DNA from: Octopus vulgaris
Lineage: Eukaryota
Reading direction: 5' to 3'
Assembly (NCBI GenBank): GCA_951406725.2
Contig: OX597819.1
Span: 15,314,001 to 15,378,000 of the forward strand
DNA: 64,000 nucleotides
Shown one piece after another: positions 50,264 to 61,658 of the stretch. Below the pieces are notes generated by a model, which saw only the letters and a program-made list of their open reading frames with translations, was not told the DNA's origin and did not search any database. The translations under genes were made by a program, and so were the position numbers. Within the stretch, counting starts at the first letter, position 1, and each line of letters begins with the position of its first letter.

Positions 50264-50603
50264 GTTGAAATATACAGATATGGAGATAATTTATTCTCAA
50301 GCACAGAATAATGCATGAGTAGCATGAATAGGACATTAACCTTATATTGCAGAAAAATTCGTCAGCGGCCAGCCATGAGACTTGAACTCGCATCTCTGTG
50401 ATTACCAGTCAAAAATTGCAGAAAAATTTGTGAGTGGGCAGTTTAGCTTAATGGTAAAGCACTTGACCAGTAATCACAGAGATGTGAGTTTGAGTCTCGT
50501 GGCTGGCTGCTGACAAATTTTTCTGCAATATAAGGATGTTCTATCCTATTCATGCATTATTCTGCACTTGAGAATAAACTATCTCCTTATCTGTATATTT
50601 CAA
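50264..50603. mobile_element. Head-to-head inverted tRNA-like element (arms about 50264-50412 and 50463-50603)
   Basis: The right arm starts from a tRNA-like head (tagcttaatggtaaagc...gagtttgagtctc); the left arm is its 5'-truncated reverse complement. Confidence 0.75.
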
Positions 50604-50765
50604 TACATCTCAACACTTTTCCTACAAAGCAAACTTTGTTTACATATATCGTAATTTGAATTTCACTAGTTGACCTGTTTTTATTTATTTCACTAATTTG
50701 TTATTAGAATTGCTACCTATTTAGTATTCTTTATATTCTTTTTCATCTTTGTATTCTTTTTCTAG

Positions 50766-51417
50766 TGTGATAATAGTCCAAAGAAAAGTTCTAGAATTTA
50801 CAATGGTCGTCACAAGGAAATCTCCAGAAGCGATCATGACATGAAACTGGTTTCCATAGAGAACTGTCAGAAGGCAGCCAATGAAATTTATCGAAAGGTG
50901 GCAGATATGAAGGCGCCCTGTTGTGGTAAGGCTGTGTCAAAATCTAGGGTACTACAACGAGAGCAGTCTACATCGCCACCATCTCTGCTAACACACCGGT
51001 GCGGTCGCAGATGTCGGCCAACAACAACTTCAAACATCGCCACTAAAACCACTAGTAGTAGTAGTAGCAGTAGTAGCAGCAGTAGTAGTAGTAGTAATAG
51101 CAGTAGCAATAGCAAGCATACAATGACTACAGAGGCAGATGATGATGATGATGAGGACGCTGAGTACTACAACATGGGGCGGTGTTGCGACCTGGTTCAT
51201 AACGTAGATAGGATGGCCACCTCTTCGTCGTCATCATCTTCATCGTCGTCCTCATCAACTACTACAACTTTAAATTCTGTTGGTTCCAACTATACGACAA
51301 GTAACGGAAGTGATTGTGGGTATTCATCAGGAGCAGAAGGCTGTGAAAATTGTGGACTACAAGGTTCCAATGAGAATGCAGATGTGATGTGTTTAGAAGA
51401 CTTTCTTCATCAAAAAG
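50766..51417 (+). CDS. GGNBP2: GGNBP2-like coding exon 8; long low-complexity region ending in conserved NGSDCGYSS
   Basis: Acceptor ttttctag, donor G|gtaaat; 652 nt, open throughout. Contains NGSDCGYSSGAEG (human NGSDCGYSSSMEG). Confidence 0.9.
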
Positions 51418-51579
51418 GTAAATGCTATTTTCATATTCTGTAGCAAGACATTTCGGTTTTGAGTGGATCTGGTTGACAAAGGCTAAAAGAAGCTTGTCCA
51501 ATATATGTGTGTGTGTGTGTATTTACAGTTAGCTTTCTCCAAAAAGTGCTGAGCTACAAGTGGTGGTGTTGTCATTTCT

Positions 51580-51970
51580 CTTATTCTTTTACTTGTTTTG
51601 ACTTCAGCCATGCTGGAGCACCGCCTTCAGTCGAGCAAATCGACCCCGGGACTTATTCTTTGTAAGCCCAGTACTTATTCTATCGGTCTCTTTTGCCGAA
51701 CCGCTAAGTGACGGGGACGCAAACACACCAGCATCGGTTGTCAAGCAATGCTAAGGGGACAAACACACACACAAACACACATACACATACATATATGTAC
51801 ATATATACGACAGGCTTCTTTCAGTTTCCGTCTACCAAATCCACCCTCAAGACATTGGTCGGCCCGAGGCTATAGCAGAAGACACTAGCCCAAGATGCCA
51901 CGCAGTGGGACTGAACCCGGAACCATGTGGTCGGTTAGCAAGCTACTTACCACACAGCCACTCCTGCGCT
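51580..51970 (-). mobile_element. SINE family A
   Basis: Full-length antisense copy. Confidence 0.87.
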
Positions 51971-52351
51971 TATTGGTATTAAAAAACTTTTTTTGCTGGG
52001 TTTGCACCTTTGAAGATGAACATGAGGATGATGATCATCATTTAATGTCTATGTTTAATGCTGGCATGGGATGAGTGGTTTGACAAAGATTCAACGAGTT
52101 AAGTACAATGAGGAATAAATGACCCCGTCCTGGAAAGACTGGTAGGGGTTAGCAACAGGAAGGGGATTTGGCTGTAAAACAATGCATTGATAACGCATAC
52201 CTGTAACTCACATTAGCATGGGAGAACAGCCTTGAAAATAAACAAAAATGCATGTGTATGTACACACAATCACATACATGCTCTCCTAATATTTTAATAT
52301 CCTCTTCCCAAGCAAATAATTGTCATAAGCAGGGATTGTGTGTGTGTGTGT

Positions 52352-52664
52352 ATCACCGTGATCACCGTGACCGAACAGGCTATCAGATGTTGCCACACAT
52401 TGCTGGTCACAATGCGCTTCGCATTGTTTTAGCCTTCAAATGACGCCACCCCGCTGGCTAAGCGAGCAGGCCAACAGAAGAAAGAGTGAGATAAAGTTGT
52501 GGCGAAAGAGTACAGCAGGGATCGCCACCCACCCCCTGCCGTAACATCGTGGAGCTTTGGGTGCTTTCGCTCAATAAACACTCACAACGCCCGGTCTGGG
52601 AATTGAAACCGCGATCCTACGACCACGAGTCCGCTGCCCTAACCACTGGGCCATTGCGCCTCTA
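52352..52664 (-). mobile_element. SINE with family B head and a different 3' tail
   Basis: 52480-52664 matches the B head; 52352-52480 is unrelated to the B tail. Confidence 0.75.
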
Positions 52665-53104
52665 CGTGTGCGTGTATGTGTGTGTATATATATATATATA
52701 TATAGTAATAATAATAATATTAGGGAATAAATTATTATTCCAACCTTACAGGTAAAATTCAGTATAATAATATTATGCCGAATTTCGTAATATATAATAT
52801 ATGTATATAACTAATTTAGAGACAAACCACCATTCCACAACTCAGTCAATGAAGAACCCTTCCAAAACCATGCTGTGAGACATACCATACAAAATACTAG
52901 TCTAAAATTTTAATAATATATAATATTGAACTGTGAGATTATTACAATCATATAATATAGAAGAGCAAATACTTTTAAAATCACAGCGAATATTACACAA
53001 AGAAACATTCATCAAAAAAATATTAATCTAAAGTCAAATAAAGTATAAATTGAACCATAAAAATTAATACTATAATATAATGTATAAAAGTAAGTACTTG
53101 TACA

Positions 53105-53226
53105 TTGACTACGCACGTTTCATGGCTGAATTATGATTATATAAAATCAGATAAGAAAACCATATCCAAGTTCATTAGAATGGGAAAATGATTTTACTCC
53201 CAAAAGCAGTCATTCCTCAGGTCGAA
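53105..53226 (-). ncRNA. Type I hammerhead ribozyme motif with ~80-nt stem II loop
   Basis: On the - strand: tcgac-CUGAGGA-AUGACUG...CAGCCAU-GAAAC-GUGC-GUA-gucaa. Confidence 0.62.
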
Positions 53227-54086
53227 TTTCTAAAAAAGCCCTAAAAACTAATAATTGAAAGTTTAACTTACCTTATAATATAAGGAATAAAAAATAAGGG
53301 ATAAAAATATATAACTAAAGAAACAAAACCTGTAATGTAATCTCTAAGTTAAGGACATTAATTTTATTAAACGTTACGAACCAAAATATTCAAATATGAG
53401 TATTATTGTGAACATGATTAATTCATTATGGAGAAGATAAATAAATGTAAATCCGTGTTAGTGGATAAAGTTTATAAAAGATGAATGTTAATATTGTTTA
53501 GAATAAATTAAAAAAACATGACTTTTTTTTTGTCTTGCAAGGTACTTGATGACCATCAGTGCAGGTGCCACTTAAAAAGCATCCAGCCCACACTGTAAAT
53601 GGTTGACATTTGAAAGGGTAGTCAGCTATAAAAACCTTGCCAAAACTGACCTCGCTCATGCTTGTGTCACATAAAAAGCATTAAGTCCACTCTGCTGAGT
53701 GGTTGGTGTTAAGTCATGTTTTTTAAATTTATTCTAAACAATATCGACATTATACACTAACACGGATTTACATTTATTTACCTTCTCCATAATGAATTAA
53801 TTATGTTCACAATAATACTCTATTTGAAAATTTTAGTTCATAACTTTTAATATTAATGTCCTTAACTTAGGGATTACATTACAGGTTTTGTTTCTTTAGT
53901 TATATATTTTTATCCTTATTTTTTATTCCTTATATTATGAGGTAAGTTAAACTTTCAATTATTAGTTTTTAGGTTTTTTTAGAAATTTGACCTGAGGAGT
54001 GACTGCTTTTGGGAGTAAAATCATTTTTCCATTCTAATGAACTTGGATATGGTTTTCTTATATGATTTTATATAGTCCTAATTCAG
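53126..54086. repeat. Long inverted repeat (arms 53126-53523 and 53712-54086); probable Penelope-like pseudo-LTR relic
   Basis: The arms are reverse complements with scattered mismatches; each contains the CUGAGGA half of the hammerhead. Confidence 0.85.
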
Positions 54087-54524
54087 TGGCACGTAAAAAG
54101 CACCCACTACACTCTCCAAGTGGTTGGCGTTAGGAAGGGCTTCCAGCTGTAGAAACATTGCTAGATCAGACTGGAGCCTGGTGCAGTCACTGGCTCTCTA
54201 CACCTCAGTCAAACCGTCCAACACATGCCAGCATGGAAAATGGACATTAAACGATGATGATATGTATATGATTTGCCTGCCAGTAATCAATGTAAAATCA
54301 TCATCATCATTGTTTAACGTTTGCCTTCCATGCTAACACGGGTGGGACAGTTTGACAAGGGCTGGCCAGGCAGAAGCCTGCACCAGACTTCTGTGATTGT
54401 TTTGGAAGGATTTTTACAGCTGGATGCCCTTCCTAACACCAACCACTTTACAGTGTGGACTGGGTGCTTTTTAAGTGGCACCTGCACTGACAGGGTCACC
54501 AACTACTTGCAAGACCAAAAAAGG

Positions 54525-54895
54525 ATAGGTGCAGGTGTGGCTGTGTGGTAAGTAGCTTGCTTACCAGCCACATGGTTCTGAGTTCAGTCCCATTGTGTGG
54601 CACCTTGGGCAAGTTTCTTCTACTATAGCCTCGGGCCAACCAAAGCCTTGTGAGTGGATTTAGTAGACAGAAACTGAAGAAAGCCTGTCGAATATATATG
54701 TGTGTGTGTTTGTCCCACCACCATTGCTTGACAACCGATGTTGGTGTGTTTACGTCCCCGTAATCTAACCATTCAGCTAAGAGACTGATAGAATAAGTAC
54801 TAGGCTTACAAAGAATAAGTCCTGGGGTCAATGTGTTCGACTGAAGGCGGTGCTCCATCATGGCCGCAGTCAACATGACTGAAACAAATAAAAGG
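54525..54895 (+). mobile_element. SINE family A
   Basis: Full-length, more diverged copy. Confidence 0.83.
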
Positions 54896-55068
54896 ATTTC
54901 AATAAAAGGGGAGGAGGCATTGGAAGAGGTCATCTTGTGTTGGATGACGAAAGGTTTTAGTGAAACGGGGGGGGGGGACAGAAACTGGTGTCTCATTTTA
55001 TAAATGAAGTGTGCGTGTGTAACTTCAGTTTGAACCTCTTGTGATATGGCTTTTTATATATTTTCCAG

Positions 55069-55172
55069 GTGACTGTGATGGTTTAGAAAATTCAGTGTCT
55101 CTAGGTCTTAGCCCTTGGAATAATTGTCGGGTAAATCGAAATTCTACTCTAAAGGATCAGTCCCCTGATCAG
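55069..55172 (+). CDS. GGNBP2: GGNBP2-like coding exon 9 (GDCDGLENSVSLGLSPWNNCRVNRNSTLKDQSPDQ)
   Basis: Acceptor ttttccag, donor CAG|gtaagt; 104 nt. Restores phase 1 to 0 as required between exons 8 and 10. Homology is weak. Confidence 0.82.
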
Positions 55173-55479
55173 GTAAGTTCATAAATCTTGGTAAAACCTT
55201 ACTGAGAATTTTGTATCTTAATTATCTCCTTTAAAAATGATCTTTGTGGCAATGATCGGCATTCTGGGATCTGCACTGAATTAAAAACAAGGATTATTAT
55301 TAGTAAAGTCTGTTATTAGTATTTAACCATAGGCTAACTTTCATTGGGTAGATTTCTGACCAACAGTGTTCAAGCTGTCGTTGTTGTGTCATCTTGAAAG
55401 CTGCAGTATATCCGAGACTACATTATCTTGGCTAGGCATGTTTCCTTCTCATTTTATGCGATTCATTGGAAATTTGGCA

Positions 55480-55993
55480 GGACAAGTGAGCCCAGCCCAC
55501 CTATGCATGCCTTTCCTCCCTTGGACACACAAAGACCTGTTGAGGCAAGCGAAGTTGATATCGAACCTCATCCGACGACGGGCACCCATGCCAACCCCCT
55601 TTGCTTGCAAAGACCTGTTGGGGCAAGTGAAATCGAAATCGAAATTGAACCTTTCCTATGACTGGCACCCGGCAGATGCCAGGACCCCTGGACTGGTGGC
55701 ATGTAAAAAGCACCATCCGAAGCCAGTGCCGCCTCGACTGGCTTCCATGCCGGTGGCATGTAAAATGCACCAATCCGACCGTGGCCGTTGCCAGCCTCGC
55801 CTGGCACCTGTGCGGGTGGCACGTAAAAAGCACCCACTACACTCATGGAGTGGTTGGCGTTAGGAAGGGCATCCAGGTGTAGAAACATTGCCAGATAAGA
55901 CTGGAGCCTGGTGCAGCCTTCTGGCTTCCCAGATCCCTGGTCGAACTGTCCAACCCATGCTAGCATGGAGAACGGACGGATGATGATGATGAT
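55480..55993 (+). mobile_element. RTE 3'-UTR fragment, same subfamily as 35733-36207
   Basis: Reverse complement of 35733-36207 over about 400 bp. Confidence 0.85.
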
Positions 55994-56114
55994 TTCTTGG
56001 AGTTTGTGTAGCTGCATAGGATCTCCTCTTTGGCCGGAGGAACTACACAAAGGCTCCTGTTTCAGCTTGAATAATGCAGTGTTGGGTTGGCCATAGGTTC
56101 TGAAAATCTACTAA

Positions 56115-57122
56115 CCCTTTCTGTTACCATATTTATTTTGAGATGTTCTGTGTTTCTTTCAATTACTTGAAATATAACAAAGAATTTAGTAAAATAACTT
56201 AGTTATCATTCAGCTAGTGTGGAAGGTTTTAATTCAGAACTTTTGAAAACAAGACATTTCTACTACAGAGCCAGAAGCGGTTTCAGCCGAGTTGGTATCA
56301 AAAGGGTTAAGAATTGTTTCTCTGTTATATATTTTAACCCTTTTGTTACCATATTTCTGTTGAGATGCTCTGTGTTTCTTTCAATTAATTTTAAGTATAA
56401 CAAAGAATTTAGTAAAATAACTTAGTTATCATTCAGCTAGTGTTAGGAACATAAATTGTGACTAAGGTTTGGTGGAAGATTTTAATTCAAAACTTACGAA
56501 AATGAGACATTTGTACTACAGAGCTGGTTTCAGCTGGGTTGGTATCAAAAGGGTTAACACAGTAACTGCTACAGCCTGTTATCGGAATTTACCGGTGACG
56601 CAACATATTTCTAGTCATGCTGCATACTTTTTAATTACAAGGATATGTACTTTGTTGCATTTTTACATTATTTCATAATTAAACTTTAATATTTAGCGCT
56701 GATGTTATTTAAATATTCTCAAAACCATGTCAGAGATACAGAATGAAATATTTTCTGAAATTACGAGAATGTACCACTGGTCGTGCATGTGGCAGGTGTG
56801 GGAAGTTTGCAATGAACTACCTGTAATGGTAGTTCATTGGTAGTTCATTAGTAAAGTGGTTAATATGCTAAATTGTAAGGTAAATTTCAGGATTACTTTA
56901 ACCCTTTCGTTACCAACCCGGCTGAAACCGATTCTGGCTCTGTAATACAAATGTCTTGTTTTCATAAGTTTTGAATTAAAATCTTCCACCAAACCTTAGT
57001 CACAATTTATGTTCCTAACACCAGCTTAATGATAACTAAGTTATTTTACTAAATTCTTTGTTATATTTAAAGTAATTGAAAGAAACACAGAGCATCTCAA
57101 AATAAATACAGTAACGAAAGGG
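56115..57122. mobile_element. Three family 2 MITEs (56115-56306, 56338-56553, and inverted 56902-57122)
   Basis: Each has cccttt...aaaggg TIRs and (T)TAA flanks. Confidence 0.82.
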
Positions 57123-57758
57123 TTAAAGAATAAATATGATACCTGTGATTGAGCAGATCTTTAGTTCCAGCTGTGAACACTGCATCTCCACCACCACAAA
57201 TATATCTAAGACTACCATCTTATGCACGGTCACATGAGATAATTGTAGTGTTTGGTTTTAGGGCATACCTAACTCTTAGTGTGTGTGCACACATACACAC
57301 ACACACACATACATAATTGTCCATTCTGCTCTGTTAAATTATTTGAGGTAATGAAAAAAAATCTTTTGAACTGCCGATAAGCTCTCTACATAATCCAGCC
57401 AAATTTTAATAAAATTGCCTGGTACTGTCTTGGAAAAAGAGACATGTTGGACAATACAGTCGTAGGTATCCAGTTTCTTAGTGAACAGACAGTGTTCAGC
57501 CTGGACTAGATCAATTCATACCTCTTCTGTTTTGCTTAGTCTCTATCGTCCATTCACCTTATTTTCTCTGCCTCAACTCCTTCATTGCTGTGGGCTTCCT
57601 ATTATGACAATACTCTGTATTGATGAAATCTGTTAGAGAGCCTGCAGGATGACCAATGATAAGGCTTAACATCATTACAAAAGTGTCCAACTAATTCTGC
57701 CCAAAGTAATTTTAATGACAAATTTTGGGAATTTTTATCCTCTTCCCTGTTAATTTAA

Positions 57759-58130
57759 TCATCATCATCATCATCATCATCGTTTAGCGTCCGCTTTCCA
57801 TGCTAGCATGGGTTGGACGGTTCAACTGGGGTCTGTGAAGCCAGAAGGCTGCACCAGGCTCCAGTCTGATCTGGCAGTGTTTCTACAGCTGGATGCCCTT
57901 CCTAATGCCAACCACTCCGTGAGTGTAGTGGGTGCTTTTTACGTGCCACCGGCACGGGGGCCAGGCAAGGTTGGCAACGGCCATGAACGGATGGTGCTTT
58001 TACGTGTCACCGGCACGGAGGCCAGTCGAGGCAGCGCTGGCAACGGCCACGATCGGATGGTTCGCTTACTTGTCACCAGCACTGGTATCACAGCCGCAAT
58101 TTCCATTGATGTTGATCGACTTCGATTTTG
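57759..58130 (-). mobile_element. RTE 3'-UTR fragment
   Basis: (cat)n followed by the antisense family tail and ~60-bp repeats. Confidence 0.8.
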
Positions 58131-58342
58131 GTTCTGCTTTCTGATATCTGATTTGATTTGGTTTGATTTGATGTTAGAATCAATAAATGTTCAAGTGAAG
58201 TTAAAAGTCTTTGTATGTTTCTGAATGGAGTAAATAAATCTGTTGATTAAACAATTGGAGCCACTCACAACATTAAAATGGTTGTGAGAGGCCATCATTA
58301 GTTGGTAACCTGATTTTGTAGATTATTTTATTCTTTTTCCAG

Positions 58343-58438
58343 TGTAATAAATTGAATAACAGAAATGAGTACTACTTCCAGAAGCGGCCTGAGAGAAGAC
58401 TCCAGAAAGAGACTTTATCGTTACAAGATATGTTAGAT
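58343..58438 (+). CDS. GGNBP2: GGNBP2-like coding exon 10 (CNKLNNRNEYYFQKRPERRLQKETLSLQDMLD)
   Basis: Acceptor tttttccag, donor GAT|gtaagt; 96 nt. SLQDMLD resembles human SLVELLD. Confidence 0.87.
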
Positions 58439-58689
58439 GTAAGTATTTTACTCTTTACTCTTTTACTTGTTTCAGTCAGTTGACTGCAGCCATGCTGGAG
58501 CACCGCCCTTAGTTGAGTAAAAGCACCCACTACACTCTCAGAGTGGTAGGCATTAGGAAGGACATCCAGCTGTAGAAACTTTGCCAGATCAGATTGAGCC
58601 TAGTCTAAACTCTGTTTCAGGAGCAGCCCTCAGTCAAAGTATCCAACCCATGCCAGCATGGAAAGCAGGCGTTAAACGGTGATAATAAT

Positions 58690-59097
58690 ATCTCTTTTAC
58701 TTGTTTCAGTCATTTGACTACGGCCATGCTGGAGCACCGCCTTTAGTCGAGGAAATTGACTGCAGGACTTATTCTTTGTAAGCCTAGTACTTATTCTATC
58801 GGTCTCTTTTGCCGAACCACTAAGTTACGGGGGCGTAAACACCCTACTATTGGTTGTCAAGCGATTTTGGGGGGACAAACACAGACACACAAACATATAC
58901 ACACACACACACATAAATATATATACGTATATATACGATGGGCTTCTTTCAGTTTCCGTCTACTAAATCCACTCACAAGGCTTTGGCCAGCCTGAGGCTA
59001 TAGTAGAAGACACTTGCCCAAGGTACCACGCAGTGGGAATTAACACGGAACCATGTGGTTGATAAGTAAGCTACTTATCACACAGCCACTCCTGCTC
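58690..59097 (-). mobile_element. SINE family A
   Basis: Full-length antisense copy. Confidence 0.85.
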
Positions 59098-59160
59098 CTT
59101 TTACGTAGTGTTTTTGTTTCTTTGAGAAAGCTAGACTCAAATTTGGTTTGAAGCCATGTT

Positions 59161-59196
<36 letters not shown>

Positions 59197-59481
59197 ACCA
59201 TTCGAGTGTGGTTGTTACCAGTGCCACCGGATTGGCTCCTGTGCAGGTGGCACATAAAAAGTACCATTTGAGGGTGGCCAATGCCAGTACTGCCTGACTG
59301 GCATGTAAAAGCACCCACTACACTCTTGGAGTGATTAGCATTATGAAGAGCATCCAGCTGTAGAAACTTTGCCAGATCAAATTGGATCCTGGTGCAGCCT
59401 CCTGGCTTGCCAGTCCTCAGTCAAACAGTCCAACCCATGCCGGCATGGAAAGCGGACGTTAAACGATGATGATGCACACAC

Positions 59482-59691
59482 ACGAAGGTTGCTGAAAACT
59501 TCCTGGCTTTGGGTAAAAGAAAATACAGGGCGATTACTTAACTATGATTTTATTCAACATGTACCCCTCTCAGTTTCACACACTTGTAGCAGTCCTTCAG
59601 TTTTTCTAAGCCCTGTAGAACTTGGAAGGTTGGGCCTCCAACATGGCCTTTCACAATACCTTAAAGCCAGGAACTTTTCAGCAACCCCTCG
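59482..59691. mobile_element. mariner-type MITE
   Basis: ~29-bp TIR cgaaggttgctgaaaacttcctggcttt / aaagccaggaacttttcagcaacccctcg. Confidence 0.75.
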
Positions 59692-59723
59692 CACATGTGT
59701 GTGTGTGCATATATGTGTATGTA

Positions 59724-60190
59724 TCGTCATCATCATCGTTTGATGTCCGCTTTCCATGATAGCATGGCTTGGACGATTTGACTGAGGGCTGGCGAACCAG
59801 ATGGCTGCGCCAGGCTCCAATCTGATCTGGCAGAGTTTCTACAGCTGGATGCCCTTCCTAACGCCAACCACTCTGAGAGTGTAGTGGGTGCTTTTAAAGT
59901 GCCACCGGCACAAGGGCCAGTATGGCAGTACTGGCTACGGCCATGTTCAAAAATGGTATTTTTTACATGCCACCTGCACAGGAGTCAGTCCAGCAGCACT
60001 GGCAACGACCTCGCTCGAATGTTTTGTTCACGTGCCACCTGCACAAGTGCCAGTGAGGCAACGCTGACAACGATCACGCTCAAATGGTGCACTTTACATG
60101 CCAGACACAGCTGCTCTGGTAGTGATCCTGCTTGGATGGCATTGTTAGCGCTCCACTGGCACAGGTGCCAGTCATTGAATTTGGTTCAAT
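59724..60190 (-). mobile_element. RTE 3'-UTR fragment
   Basis: Antisense family tail; faces a sense copy at 59197-59474. Confidence 0.8.
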
Positions 60191-61309
60191 GTTCTAATGG
60201 AGTAAAAAAATTGTTCAATAAGTACTTTCCATCATTAGTACTTTCCATCATATAGCACAGCTATACCCCTCCTCCACCCCCACTGGTACTTCTAATGTAG
60301 CAATACCTTTAATTTAAAACCAGGCGTGTTCAAAATAAAAATTTTAGCAATGGACCAATAAGGGAGTCTACATTAAACGAGAATTCATGTAGGAGTGTAC
60401 AAGAGAAAATGTAGCATTATGCAAGGTTTGTAAAAAAAAAAAAAGACAAGGAATTTTGAAGTCATCACAACCAACTAAATAACATGTTTAGAATGTTTTG
60501 CTATTCACCATCCACAAATTTGTTGTAGACAGGAGTTTGTTTTTAGCAATGTTTATAACCAAAAAGAAATTTTGAGCAACCGTGTCATTTGAGGATGATT
60601 CGTGGGTGTGTCCCTAAAACTGTCTACCATTGAGTTACTGGTTAGAAGGAGCCAATCCTCTCCTTCTCATTAAAAATGTAAGACTAAATTTTCTTACATA
60701 GGCACAAAGTCAGAAATGCTGGCAGCGAGAAGAGGAAATTGTATCAGCCTCGGTGTTTGACTTGTACCACATTTTATTGACCCCAGCAGGAGGAAATGCA
60801 AAGTTGATAAAGACAGCATTTGAACTATTTAATAACAAATAATGTATGTCTGCTGTCTCTTCTATGGTTACCCAGCCATATTACTTTATATTCATCACAT
60901 GGTAGGTAAACTAACATAGTGGGACATGATGAGAGGGTGTGCTGGAAGAAGAAGTTTGAGAACATTTTGCTGCATCTGTTCCGTGGCATCCGTGGAATAG
61001 TGTTCACAAGTCATTAGAAACCTTTAAAGAGTAGATCAACAACCTGGAAGATTTATATTTATAAAGCGAACTCCTCAGGAAGTATTTATGTTTATGCCAG
61101 TGCTGCATGATCGGCCCCCGTGCCTGTGGCACGTAAAAGCACCCACTACACTCTTGGAATGGTTGGCATTAGGAAGGGCATCCAGCTGTAGAAACTCTGC
61201 CAGATCAAGGTTGGAGCCTGGTGCAGCCTCCTGGTTTGCCAGTTCTCAGTGAAACCATCCAACCCATGCCAGCATGAAAAGCAGACGTTAAACAATAATG
61301 ATGTTTACA

Positions 61310-61547
61310 ATGGCTGTGAGCTGGCAGAATTGTTAGCATGCTGGGCAGAATGCTTAGCAGTATTTCGTCCATCCTTATGTTCTGAGTTCGAATTGCACTG
61401 AGGTCAACTTTGTCTTTCATCCTTTCAGGGTTGATAAAATAAAGTACCAGTTACGCACTGGGGTCGATGTAATTGACTTAATACCTATGTCTGTCCTTGT
61501 TTGTCCCCTCTATGTTTAGCCCCTTGTGGGTAATAAAGAAATAGGTA
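61310..61547 (+). mobile_element. SINE family C
   Basis: Head, CORE-like domain and tail aaagaaataggta. Confidence 0.82.
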
Positions 61548-61658
61548 GTATTAATAGACAAAAATTTCTAATTAATTAAACTTAGAGCTGTAGTGAGGAG
61601 GAAGTAATCGTGTCTCATTCGAATTTTCTATCTTTTCTGTTTCTGTTGTGTGTTTCAG

